Positions 38,401 to 47,676 of a stretch of DNA of 49,130 nt are shown here, one piece after another (positions within the stretch are counted from its first letter, which is position 1; each line of letters opens with the position of its first letter). This stretch comes from an uncultured bacterium. GTDB taxonomy: Bacteria; Hydrogenedentota; Hydrogenedentia; Hydrogenedentales; JAEUWI01. Location: NCBI GenBank assembly GCA_963977445.1, contig CAXBPH010000008.1, positions 1-49,130 on the forward strand, given 5' to 3'. The notes below the pieces were generated by a model. That model was given only the letters and a program-made list of their open reading frames with translations, did not search any database and was not told the origin of the DNA. Made by a program: the position numbers and the translations under genes.

Positions 38401-38423
38401 ACATTTATAACGATCGCTGAATT

Positions 38424-40136
38424 CTACAGTCCCAGATACTTATCCGTCACGGCACCCTCAGAGGCGGACGCAACAAGCTTGGCATACTTCGCCAGCACGC
38501 CGGTCTTGTAGCGGGCTTCGGGGGCTTTCCAGGCGGCGCGGCGTTTGGCGATTTCCGCCTCGTCGATGCCGAGGTTGATGGTGTGGGCAACGGCGTCGAT
38601 GGTGATGGCGTCCCCGTCCTGGATGAGGGCGATGAGGCCCCCTTCCTGGGCTTCGGGGGTGATGTGGCCTACCACGAAACCGTGACTACCGCCGGAGAAA
38701 CGTCCGTCGGTGATGAGGGCGACATCGCTGCCGAGTCCCTTACCCATGACGGCCGCCGTGGGTGCGAGCATCTCGCGCATGCCGGGTCCGCCTTTGGGCC
38801 CTTCATAGCGGATGACGATGACGTGACCCTTTTGGATGGTGCCGTCGAGGATGCACTTGAGGGCGGCCTCTTCGGAGTCATAGCAGCGGGCTTCGCCGGT
38901 GAAGCTGGTGCCTTCGTTGCCGGAGATCTTCGCAACAGCGCCGGTCTCGGCCAGGTTGCCATAGAGGACGACGAGGTGGCCTTCGGCCTTCTTGGGATTG
39001 TCGAAAGAGCGGACCACGTCCTGGCCTTCGGGGTAGGTGCCGACATTGGCGAGGTTTTCCGCCAGGGTCTTGCCCGTAACCGTGAGGCAATCGCCGTGGA
39101 GGAGGCCCTTGTCGAGGAGCATCTTCATAAGGGGGGGCAGGCCACCGATTTTGACGAGCTCATTCATGACGTACTTGCCGCTGGGCTTGAGGTCCGCCAA
39201 CACGGGGCACTTCTGGCCGACGCGGGTGAAGTCGTCGATGTTCAAGTCGACTTCTGCGGTGTGGGCCATGGCGAGGAGGTGGAGGACGGCGTTGGTGGAG
39301 CCGCCGAGGGCCGTGACCACGGTGATGGCGTTTTCAAAGGCCTTCTTCGTGAGGATGTCCCGGGGGCGGATGTTGTTCTTAATGCAGTGGAGGACGGCCG
39401 CACCGGCTTCGCGGCAATCTTCGGCTTTCTCTTTGGAGATAGCGGCCTGGGCGGAGCTGTTGGGCAGACTGAGGCCCAGGGCTTCGATGGCGGAAGCCAT
39501 GGTGTTGGCCGTGTACATGCCGCCACAGGAACCGGCACCGGGGATGGCGCAGGATTCGATGGCCTTGAGACCCGCATCGTCGAGGCGGCCATTGGCGTGT
39601 TCGCCCACGGCTTCAAAGACGGAAACGATGTCGACGGGTTTGCCATTGTGATCGCCCGGCATGATGGTGCCGCCATAGACGAAGACGGAAGGCCGGTTGA
39701 GGCGGGCCATGGCCATGACGCAGCCGGGCATGTTTTTGTCGCAACCGCCGATGGCGACGAAGCCGTCGAGGTTTTCACAGGCGATAACCGTCTCGATGGA
39801 ATCGGCAATGACCTCGCGGGAGACGAGGGAATACTTCATGCCCTCGGTGCCCATGGAGATACCGTCCGAGATGGTGATGGTGTTGAAGATGATGCCCTTG
39901 CCGCCGGCCTTGTTCACGCCCAGCTCGGCTTCCCGCGCCAGCACGTCGATGTGCATGTTGCAGGGGGTGACCATGCTCCACGTGGAGGCCACGCCGATCA
40001 TGTTCTTCTTGAAGTCTTCATCGCCAAAGCCTACGGCCCGCAGCATGGAGCGGCTCGGGGCCCGTTCGGGGGATTCAGAAATCTGTTTTGAAAATTGACG
40101 ATCCGCGTCAGGCGTATTGCCGCCGGTGGGTGCCAT
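38424..40136 (-). CDS. ilvD: Dihydroxy-acid dehydratase
   Basis: PCNMH, SDGISMG, GCDKNMPG, CGGMYTANTM, GGSTN, GPGMREML, TDGRFSG; AAGGAG RBS. Confidence 0.97.
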   Translation of the reverse strand: MAPTGGNTPDADRQFSKQISESPERAPSRSMLRAVGFGDEDFKKNMIGVASTWSMVTPCNMHIDVLAREAELGVNKAGGKGIIFNTITISDGISMGTEGMKYSLVSREVIADSIETVIACENLDGFVAIGGCDKNMPGCVMAMARLNRPSVFVYGGTIMPGDHNGKPVDIVSVFEAVGEHANGRLDDAGLKAIESCAIPGAGSCGGMYTANTMASAIEALGLSLPNSSAQAAISKEKAEDCREAGAAVLHCIKNNIRPRDILTKKAFENAITVVTALGGSTNAVLHLLAMAHTAEVDLNIDDFTRVGQKCPVLADLKPSGKYVMNELVKIGGLPPLMKMLLDKGLLHGDCLTVTGKTLAENLANVGTYPEGQDVVRSFDNPKKAEGHLVVLYGNLAETGAVAKISGNEGTSFTGEARCYDSEEAALKCILDGTIQKGHVIVIRYEGPKGGPGMREMLAPTAAVMGKGLGSDVALITDGRFSGGSHGFVVGHITPEAQEGGLIALIQDGDAITIDAVAHTINLGIDEAEIAKRRAAWKAPEARYKTGVLAKYAKLVASASEGAVTDKYLGL

Positions 40137-40230
40137 GGGTGCTCTCCTTTATTCATGTCCTGAAAATAGAAAAATGGGCGTGTCCGAGAAGACACGGTCT
40201 ATGCGCATTTGAGGGAAACAGGGATTATAG

Positions 40231-40309
40231 CAGTTGACAATTGATAGTTGATAATTGACGGAAAACGAATGTTGAATAGTGAATTGAGAATAGTGAATTT
40301 TTTAATGGT
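40231..40309 (+). repeat. Two adjacent heptamer arrays: (YARTTGA)x4 and (GAATNNN)x5-6
   Basis: cagttga caattga tagttga taattga, then gaatgtt gaatagt gaattga gaatagt gaatttt. Confidence 0.8.
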
Positions 40310-40757
40310 GTGGGTGTGCGAGGTTGGGGTCGAGTTTTTTTGGCTGATGGGCAAATAGTGCTGATGAGTTATACGATATTTCAAGTGCCGGAGGTAAAAG
40401 GATGACTCGATGGGTTCTTGCGAATCATATCGTCACGCGACTTTTTCCAAACAAAACGACTAACCATGGACGTGCCGCGCGATCTGGTACTCCAGTTCGT
40501 GCGTAAGGGCTGTGGGACGTTGTTCGGGCCTGTGTAGTTTTGGGAAGTCTTCAAGAGGTTATCGGGAATAGAGCATTGTGCTTGGCCTTGGCCTTGGTGT
40601 AGAGATGTAGTCGTATCTCCCAATCCGCGCACGAATCCTCCAACGGCGCATCTTCGACCGGAAATAACGAATCGCGCGGCACGATTGGTCGTTTCAGTTT
40701 TTTTTGGGGGAGTGAGTCTTTGTCGGCGCCCATTAATTGCCCATGAACCTTTTTGGG

Positions 40758-40793
40758 GCCTCATTGGTCCCATAAGGCCCATAAGTCCCATCA
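40758..40793 (+). repeat. 9-mer tandem repeat (GKCCCATAA-like)
   Basis: gcctcattg gtcccataa ggcccataa gtcccatca. Confidence 0.6.
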
Positions 40794-40854
40794 ACTGCAC
40801 CATGGGGTGGCCCTTTGCTATCATGTCCGTCAAATCTATGGAGACTACAAGACC

Positions 40855-41214
40855 ATGTCAGACAACACAAAGCAAATTGTCTACGCCTATTGGCGGGGCT
40901 GGCAGACCAAAGACTTCACGGCCATGCGGGCGGCATTGGCCGATGACGTGGTGGCCGATGCGTCCCTCTTTCGTGTCGAAGGGGCCGACCGCTTCGTCGC
41001 CATGTGCGCGGCAGGTCCGGCCTGGCGCGATGTGGTCATGGTGGACGAGCTTTACACCGACGACCAGGCTGCCATCCTCTACGAAGGCATCAACACAGCC
41101 AACGAACAACGCATGCGCGTGGCGGAACTCATTCGACTCAAGGGGGATAAGATTACAGAGATTCAATCCTGTCTGAGCCCCCTGACCATGTTGCAGGGGG
41201 CCGTAAAGAAATAG
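40855..41214 (+). CDS. SnoaL-like / NTF2-family protein
   Basis: 119 aa from ATG after GGAG. 'IVYAYWRGW..KDF.AMRAALADDV', 'ELIRLKGDKITEI'. Confidence 0.8.
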   Translation: MSDNTKQIVYAYWRGWQTKDFTAMRAALADDVVADASLFRVEGADRFVAMCAAGPAWRDVVMVDELYTDDQAAILYEGINTANEQRMRVAELIRLKGDKITEIQSCLSPLTMLQGAVKK

Positions 41215-41258
41215 AGGTGATACGTTGGTAGGCTCTGCAAAGTCAGGGTCTCAGGAAG

Positions 41259-41408
41259 AGGGTGCCACCTATACGGACGCGAGGCACGAGCGGCCTTATG
41301 GGTGAACCTTTAATTGAGAGCCATTAGCACCAAGTAGGTGTCCGTGATGTGATGGGTTCCCGCACCCACAAGCTTGCCGGAAACCGGCGGCGCGTGTAGG
41401 TGGCACCC
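41259..41408. repeat. GTAG-tagged REP pair (GGGTGCCACCTAY ... RTAGGTGGCACCC)
   Basis: 41260-75 and 41393-408 form a 15/16 IR. The left part matches 33997-34042. Confidence 0.7.
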
Positions 41409-41461
41409 ATCAACGCGTTACCGGGCATCCCATCACCGCACAAAACGGAGAAGTAAGAAAA

Positions 41462-42286
41462 ATGTCGAGACAAACAATTGGTAGTGTGTTCAAATTGGCT
41501 ACGGCGATTGTTGCCATTTGGGTGTTCGCGAGTGCCACTACATCAGTCGCCGAGGTCACGGAATCCACCCAGTTTGGGGCCAAACGACTCGATTTCACCG
41601 TGGGGGAGACGGCGGGCTTTGTTATCGTGCCTCCCGTGCTGAAACACGATAGCGAACAGCCCTGGCTCTGGTACGCGCCGACCTTCATTGGTCACCTGCC
41701 CGACCCGAGTCACGCTTTCTATTTCGAACCGCTCCTTGAAGCCGGATTTTTCATCGCGGGCGTCGACGTGGGGGAGTCTTACGGCAGCCCCAAGGGCACG
41801 GCCCAGTATCAGACTTTCTACGAACACATCGTCAAGACCTATGGCCTTTCACCCAAGGCAACCCTGCTGCCCCAGAGTCGGGGCGGGCTCATGCTCTACA
41901 ACTGGGCGGCGGAACATCCCGATTCGGTAGCGGGCATCGCGGGCATCTACACCGTGTGCAATCTGGCAAGCTATCCGGGCTTGGGGAATGCCGCACCGGC
42001 CTTTGAGTTCACTACCGAGCAACTCGCAGCGGATTTGACGAAGTACAATCCCATTGACCGCACGGCCCCGTTGGTCGCAGCGAAAGTGCCCATCTTCCAC
42101 ATTCACGGCGACTCCGATACGGTCGTCCCCAATGAAGACAATGCGGGCGAGCTAGTGAAGCGTTACAAAACGGCGGGTGGTGAGGCGGCCATAAAGGTGG
42201 TGCCCGGCAAGGGCCATGAGGTTTGCGACGAGTTTTTCAGGGATGGGGAATTCTTGGCCTTTATCTTAATGCACGGTCGAAATTAG
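41462..42286 (+). CDS. Secreted alpha/beta hydrolase
   Basis: Signal peptide, PWLWYAPT, nucleophile elbow PQSRGG, HGDSDTVVP, GKGH. Confidence 0.85.
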   Translation: MSRQTIGSVFKLATAIVAIWVFASATTSVAEVTESTQFGAKRLDFTVGETAGFVIVPPVLKHDSEQPWLWYAPTFIGHLPDPSHAFYFEPLLEAGFFIAGVDVGESYGSPKGTAQYQTFYEHIVKTYGLSPKATLLPQSRGGLMLYNWAAEHPDSVAGIAGIYTVCNLASYPGLGNAAPAFEFTTEQLAADLTKYNPIDRTAPLVAAKVPIFHIHGDSDTVVPNEDNAGELVKRYKTAGGEAAIKVVPGKGHEVCDEFFRDGEFLAFILMHGRN

Positions 42287-42323
42287 CGGCCTGGCTGTTT
42301 TTTTCGATCTACTCTTCTGCTTC

Positions 42324-42452
42324 GTTCGCGGGACTGTCATCCATGTCGCCTCCGGCGGGATGGAGACTGTACCGGCAGTACATCACGACCCGGTATCCGG
42401 CTCCCGACCTTCGGGCCATCACCTACTGCCGGTACAGCCTCGCACCGCGAAC
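42324..42452. repeat. Long inverted repeat between convergent hydrolase genes
   Basis: GAGACTGTACCGGCAGTA (42363-80) pairs with TACTGCCGGTACAGCCTC (42424-41) at 17/18. Outer GTTCGCGG/CCGCGAAC arms. Confidence 0.65.
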
Positions 42453-42538
42453 AACCCCTTGTTGGGCACGTTTTCTTGTTCAGGGCGCACTCACTCCGCA
42501 ACGTTTTCGTGGTGTCTGGTGCGAAGGCAGTCCCCTGA

Positions 42539-43678
42539 TTACTCCGCCACCAGTTTCGTGGCTATCGCTTCGGCGGGCTTCAAATAGGTGTCCATCCAAG
42601 CATACATAAGGGCCCGGGATTCGTGGGGAACGCTGTGCCCCCGACCGTGGGTGTAGAAGGCATAGTTTTCCGGCGCACCGATGAGGTTATAGAAATTGGC
42701 GATTTCCAGCATCATGAGCACCCGTTGTTTCTGGGTGCCCGGGTTGCCATCATTCAGCGCGACAATCTGCAACATGGGACGGGGTGCCGTCAAAGCCACC
42801 ATATGGTGAAAATCGATAGGCGGCAATTCGTTGTTGAGCATACCGGGGCGAAGGTGTTTGAAATACACATACCAATGGTCCCGCGCCCAATTGACCACGC
42901 CCGGATCGTGGCGAAAGGAAGGGGCCGCGCAATTCGAGGCCGCCGCTTCTATACGTTCATCGTAGGCCGCCAGGAAGATGGACCCATGTCCGCCAAGGGA
43001 ATGGCCCAACACCCCGATGTGCTCCGTGTCGACTTCTTCGAGGGTTTCCAACACGTCGATGGCAATGCTGTGCTCATAGGTGAACTTGCCCACGGCGGTC
43101 CACTCGGGGTGCTTCTCATAAAAGGCCGTGGTGTCATACGGGCCCTTCGGGGGGATGCGGTGGCCCGACACAAAGTGTTCCGGCGCGATGACCACATAGC
43201 CCCGACGACAGAGGTGGTCCAGATAGGCTTTGTCGGGGTTGTCCTCGAGGCCCGCAGCGCGACGGGCACCTTGCTTATACGTTCCCGCCAGGGCGACCAC
43301 GGCGGGGAGCTTGCCGTTGCGTTCCAGGGGGATTCCGATGTAGGCGTGGGCCCGTTCATCGGCTTCCACGGCATAACTGACTAGCTTGCGGGTGTAGATA
43401 CCTTCGACGTCCACCGTCTCGTGTACCTGCAGATCGAGTGGCGGCCGTTCGGGCTTGTATTGATCGCGGAGGAGATCGAGAAAGGCCTGCTTGATCTCAG
43501 GGCGACGGGCCTCCCAGTCTTCTTTAGACGTGATCCCATCGGTGAGGTCAGTCCAGCTGGATTCGATGGGAGGGACTTCCATGAGGGGATTGGGTGCTGG
43601 GTCTTGGGCCTGTGTGGCCGGGGCGAAAAAGAAGCTACTGGTAACCAGCGCTATAAACAGAAGATTTGCTTTTTTCAC
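42539..43678 (-). CDS. Secreted alpha/beta hydrolase (dienelactone hydrolase/abhydrolase-like)
   Basis: GTG start after GAGGAAAG, signal peptide, RGYVVIAP, GHSLGG, APRP, GRGH. Confidence 0.85.
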   Translation of the reverse strand: MKKANLLFIALVTSSFFFAPATQAQDPAPNPLMEVPPIESSWTDLTDGITSKEDWEARRPEIKQAFLDLLRDQYKPERPPLDLQVHETVDVEGIYTRKLVSYAVEADERAHAYIGIPLERNGKLPAVVALAGTYKQGARRAAGLEDNPDKAYLDHLCRRGYVVIAPEHFVSGHRIPPKGPYDTTAFYEKHPEWTAVGKFTYEHSIAIDVLETLEEVDTEHIGVLGHSLGGHGSIFLAAYDERIEAAASNCAAPSFRHDPGVVNWARDHWYVYFKHLRPGMLNNELPPIDFHHMVALTAPRPMLQIVALNDGNPGTQKQRVLMMLEIANFYNLIGAPENYAFYTHGRGHSVPHESRALMYAWMDTYLKPAEAIATKLVAE

Positions 43679-43784
43679 GGAGACTTTCCTCGGGTAGTGG
43701 ACGGGTTGGATTCGCCGCGGCGAATGAACTTGGTGGACAGGGTACACGGTGTACACCGATTTGGTCCACTTCGTCCGCCCGGTC

Positions 43785-44932
43785 CTATTCTCCCGCAGGC
43801 GTTGATTCCCCTACCAGATGCGTCGCCGTCGCTGCCGGGGGCTTGAGGTAGGTGTCCAGCCAGCCGTACATCAGTTGTCGGGATTCAAGGGGGGCACCGT
43901 GTCCCCGGCCGTGAAAATAGAAGGCGTGGTTTTCGGGGGCACCGACCAGGTCGTAGACGGTGGCGATGCTCAACATCATGAGCACCCGCTGCCGTTGCGT
44001 GCCGGGGTCGCCGTCATTCAGGGCCGCGAGGTGGAGCATGGGGCGAGTGCGGCCATGTGGTGAAAATCGATGGGTGGCAGTTCCTGGTTCAGCAGGCCGG
44101 GACGGATGTGTTTGAAGTAGGTATACCAACTCGCTCTCGACCACGACTCCACGCTGGGGTTGTGCCGGAAGGTGGGCGCGGGGCAGTTGGATACGGCGAC
44201 CTTAATCCGGTCATCGTAGGCCGTGAGAAAAATGGCCCCTTGTCCGCCGAGGGAATGGCCGATGACACCAATCCGCGTTGTGTCCACTTCGGGCAGGGTT
44301 TCCAGCACGTCGATGGCGATACTGTGCTCATAGGTGAATTTTCCCACGGCGGTCCATTCGGGGTGTTTTTCGTAGAAGGCCGTCGTGTCGTAGGCACCTT
44401 TCGCTGGTATGCGGTGGCCCGCGACGAAATGGTCGGGCGCGATAACGACGTAGCCCCGTCGACACAGATGATCGAGTTGGGCATAGTCCGGGTTTCCCTC
44501 CAGCCCGGCGGACTCACGTGCGCCATTGTCGTAGGTCTGGTGAAGCACGACGGCTGCGGGGAGGGGGCCTTCGGCGTTCAACGGGATACCGACATAAGCA
44601 TGGGCGCGCTCGCCGGACTCCACGTTATAGCTGATGAGCGTCCGCGTGTAGATACCGTCCACCACGACGCGCTCGTGTTCCTGGAGGTCGAGCGGGGGCT
44701 TTTTCGGCTTGTATTCGTCCCGGAGGAGATCGAGAAACTGTTGCTTGATCTCCGGGCGACGGGCTTCCCAATCGTTCTTGCTCTCAAGGCCATCGGTCAG
44801 GTCGGTCCAGGAAGATTCGATGGGGGGGACTTCCATCAGCGGATTTGGGGTGGGGTCTTGAGCAAACGCGGTGTTGGAGAAAAAGATGCCGCTGGTGACA
44901 AGGGCGGCCAATAGAAATGAGCTCACTCTCAC
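43785..44932 (-). pseudogene. Tandem paralog of the adjacent hydrolase, frameshifted by an apparent 10-bp deletion near 44043-44047
   Basis: ORFs 44018-44932 and 43785-44144 align end to end with the paralog. HMAAL|RPML lacks the TAP codons present in HMVALTAPRPML. Confidence 0.85.
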
Positions 44933-45099
44933 GGAGACTTTCCTCGGGTGGCAGACGTTGTGGACGATGTGGATTCGCCGCGGCGAATGGACTGGTGGAC
45001 AGGGTACACGGTGTACACCGATTTGGTCCACATCGCCTACGCTGCTCTTTGTGCTTAACATTTGCTCACCTGTGATTCTCAATAAGTGACTTGTTCATC

Positions 45100-45129
45100 T
45101 TGCGCGCTTTGGCCCCTGCCCCGTATAAT
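45100..45129 (+). promoter_or_regulatory. Putative sigma70 promoter for aconitase
   Basis: TTGCGC, 18-bp spacer, TATAAT, about 150 bp upstream of the ATG. Confidence 0.5.
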
Positions 45130-45277
45130 ACAGCCCTCGTGGCACTCCGGTGTCACCCGTCCCACCCGTGCAGATTGGTCCAGGCTGGCCGATTAGAGCG
45201 CTACAGTCCAGAGGGAACTGGGTTGTGCTGTACGTGCGCTGCACGCAACGTCTTTAGTGAACTGGAAGGTACTTATC

Positions 45278-47545
45278 ATGGCTTTCGATATCGATATGAT
45301 CGAAAAGGTATACGCCCGCGCGGCAGAACGCATCGAAGCAGCACGGAAGATCGTGGGGCGTCCCCTCACGTTGGCTGAAAAAACACTCTACGCGCACCTG
45401 TGGGATGGTACGCCCACGAAGGCCTTCACTCGCGGTGCCGACTATGTCGATTTTGCCCCTGATCGGGTCGCCATGCAGGATGCCACGGCCCAGATGGCCC
45501 TCCTCCAGTTCATGCAGGCCGGCAAAGCCAAAGTTGCTGTGCCCTCCACGGCCCATTGCGATCACCTGATTCAGGCAAAGTCCGGTGCGGTGGCCGATTT
45601 GGCCGAATCCATCACCAACAACAAAGAGGTCTTCGATTTCCTGGCCTCCGTGTCCAATAAATACGGCATCGGCTTCTGGAAGCCCGGCGCGGGCATCATC
45701 CACCAGGTGGTCCTCGAAAATTACGCCTTCCCCGGCGGCATGATGATCGGCACCGACTCCCACACGGTAAACGCCGGCGGACTCGGCATGGTCGCCATCG
45801 GTGTTGGCGGTGCAGACGCCGTAGACGTGATGGCCGGTATGCCCTGGGAGCTTAAGTTCCCCAAACTCATCGGTGTAAAGCTCACCGGCAAGATGAGCGG
45901 CTGGACCACGCCGAAAGACGTTATCCTCAAGGTTGCCGGCATTCTTACCGTAAAAGGCGGCACGGGCGCTATCGTCGAATACTTCGGCGAAGGTTCCGAA
46001 AGCATGTCCTGCACGGGTAAAGGCACCATCTGTAATATGGGTGCCGAAATCGGCGCGACGACCTCGACCTTTGCCTTCGACGAATCCATGGTGCGTTACC
46101 TCGAAGCGACCGACCGCGCCGATGTGGCCGCCCTCGCCAAGGCCCAGGCCGAACACCTTCGTCCCGATCCGGAAGTCTATGAGAACCCCGAGAAGTACTA
46201 CGACCAGCTTATCGAAATCGATCTGAGCACCTTGGAGCCCCACATCAACGGCCCCTTCACGCCAGACCGTGCCACGCCCATTTCTCAGATGAAAGCTGTC
46301 TGCGAAGAAAACGGTTGGCCCAAAGTCATCGAAGTGGGTCTCATCGGTTCCTGCACCAATTCCAGCTATGAAGATATGACGTCGGCCGCTTCCATTGCCC
46401 GTCAGGCCAAAGAAAAGAACCTGAAGGCGAAATCAGAATTTACCATCACCCCCGGCTCCGAACTCGTTCGCGCGACGGTCGAGCGCGATGGGGTCCTCGC
46501 CGATTTTGAGACCATAGGCGGCCAGGTCTTGGCCAATGCCTGCGGTCCCTGCATCGGCCAGTGGGCCCGCTATCGCCACGGCGAAGAGCAGAAGGAAAAC
46601 ACCATCGTTCACTCCTTCAACCGCAACTTCGCCAAGCGTGCCGATGGCAACCCCAAGACCCACGCCTTCGTGACGTCTCCCGCTATGGTGACGGCGCTGG
46701 CGCTGGCTGGTGACCTGACCTTCAACCCCATTACCGACACGTTGATTAACGAAGACGGTGTGGCGGTGAAGCTCGATCCCCCGACGGCCGTGGAATTGCC
46801 CCCCAAAGGCTTTGGCTGTGATGACTCCGGCTACCAGGCACCCGCCGAAGACGGCAGTGGTGTGGAGGTATCTGTCGATCCCGATTCCAAGCGTCTGCAA
46901 CTGCTCGAACCCTTCGCACCCAATGGGGGCGATGTGACCGGGCTGAAGCTCCTCATTAAGGCCAAAGGCAAGTGCACGACGGACCACATTTCCATGGCCG
47001 GACCGTGGTTGCGTTTCCGTGGCCACCTGGACAACATTTCCGACAACTGCCTCATCGGTGCCATCAACGCCTTCAACGACGAAGCCAATACGGTAAAGAG
47101 CCAGCTCACCGGCGAATATGGCGAAGTGCCCGCCGTGCAGCGTGCCTACAAGTTGCAGGGCGTTCAGACGATTGTCGTCGGTGATGAAAACTACGGTGAA
47201 GGTTCCAGCCGTGAACACGCCGCCATGGAGCCCCGCTTCCTCGGTGTTCGTGCCGTGCTGGTAAAGAGCTTTGCCCGTATCCACGAGACCAACCTGAAGA
47301 AGCAAGGTATGCTCGGTCTGACCTTCGCCGACGTGGCGGATTACGACAAGATCCAGGAAGACGACACCATCGATATCCTCGGTTTGGAAACCTTCGCGCC
47401 GAACACGCCGTTGACCCTTCGCCTGACCCATGGCGACGGTACCACCGAAGAGTTCCCCGTGAATCACACCTTCAATGAAGGCCAGATCGAATGGTGGAAG
47501 GCCGGTAGCGCCCTCAACCTGATCAAAATGCAGAGTGCGAATTGA
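45278..47545 (+). CDS. acn: Aconitate hydratase (mitochondrial-like type)
   Basis: [57 protein letters not shown]. Confidence 0.97.
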   Translation: MAFDIDMIEKVYARAAERIEAARKIVGRPLTLAEKTLYAHLWDGTPTKAFTRGADYVDFAPDRVAMQDATAQMALLQFMQAGKAKVAVPSTAHCDHLIQAKSGAVADLAESITNNKEVFDFLASVSNKYGIGFWKPGAGIIHQVVLENYAFPGGMMIGTDSHTVNAGGLGMVAIGVGGADAVDVMAGMPWELKFPKLIGVKLTGKMSGWTTPKDVILKVAGILTVKGGTGAIVEYFGEGSESMSCTGKGTICNMGAEIGATTSTFAFDESMVRYLEATDRADVAALAKAQAEHLRPDPEVYENPEKYYDQLIEIDLSTLEPHINGPFTPDRATPISQMKAVCEENGWPKVIEVGLIGSCTNSSYEDMTSAASIARQAKEKNLKAKSEFTITPGSELVRATVERDGVLADFETIGGQVLANACGPCIGQWARYRHGEEQKENTIVHSFNRNFAKRADGNPKTHAFVTSPAMVTALALAGDLTFNPITDTLINEDGVAVKLDPPTAVELPPKGFGCDDSGYQAPAEDGSGVEVSVDPDSKRLQLLEPFAPNGGDVTGLKLLIKAKGKCTTDHISMAGPWLRFRGHLDNISDNCLIGAINAFNDEANTVKSQLTGEYGEVPAVQRAYKLQGVQTIVVGDENYGEGSSREHAAMEPRFLGVRAVLVKSFARIHETNLKKQGMLGLTFADVADYDKIQEDDTIDILGLETFAPNTPLTLRLTHGDGTTEEFPVNHTFNEGQIEWWKAGSALNLIKMQSAN

Positions 47546-47622
47546 GAATTTAGAATAGTGAATTTAGAATAGTGAATTTAGAATAGTGAATTTAGAATAG
47601 TGAATTTAGAATAGTGAATTTT
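47539..47622 (+). repeat. Tandem 14-mer (GAATTTAGAATAGT)x5, a heptamer-periodic array
   Basis: Five perfect copies at 47546-47615. The first degenerate heptamer GAATTGA contains the aconitase stop codon. Confidence 0.95.
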
Positions 47623-47628
47623 ATTTTA

Positions 47629-47661
47629 GCCCCGGTGCCTCCCAAGGTGCCGGGGCGTTTT
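47629..47661 (+). terminator. Aconitase intrinsic terminator
   Basis: GCCCCGGTGCCT-ccca-AGGTGCCGGGGC-GTTTT. Confidence 0.8.
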
Positions 47662-47676
47662 GTATGGGGACGAATT

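Noticed and set aside
38583..40091. Long antisense ORFs (502 aa opposite ilvD; also opposite aroC, aconitase and rhuM)
   Set aside because: Typical shadow ORFs from GC-rich codon bias on the opposite strand of well-supported genes.
40381..40833. 150-aa minus-strand ORF and a 34-codon plus-strand ORF at 40402-40506 with GGAGG upstream
   Set aside because: No recognisable motifs, and the start of the long ORF derives from a 9-mer repeat. It cannot be supported without expression or homology data.
33745..41460. Integron attC sites after small accessory genes
   Set aside because: No convincing RYYYAAC...GTTRRRY boxes with extrahelical bases were found, and there is no integron integrase in the window.
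45130..45277. Riboswitch or ncRNA in the long aconitase leader
   Set aside because: No recognisable riboswitch consensus by eye; an Rfam/Infernal scan would be needed.
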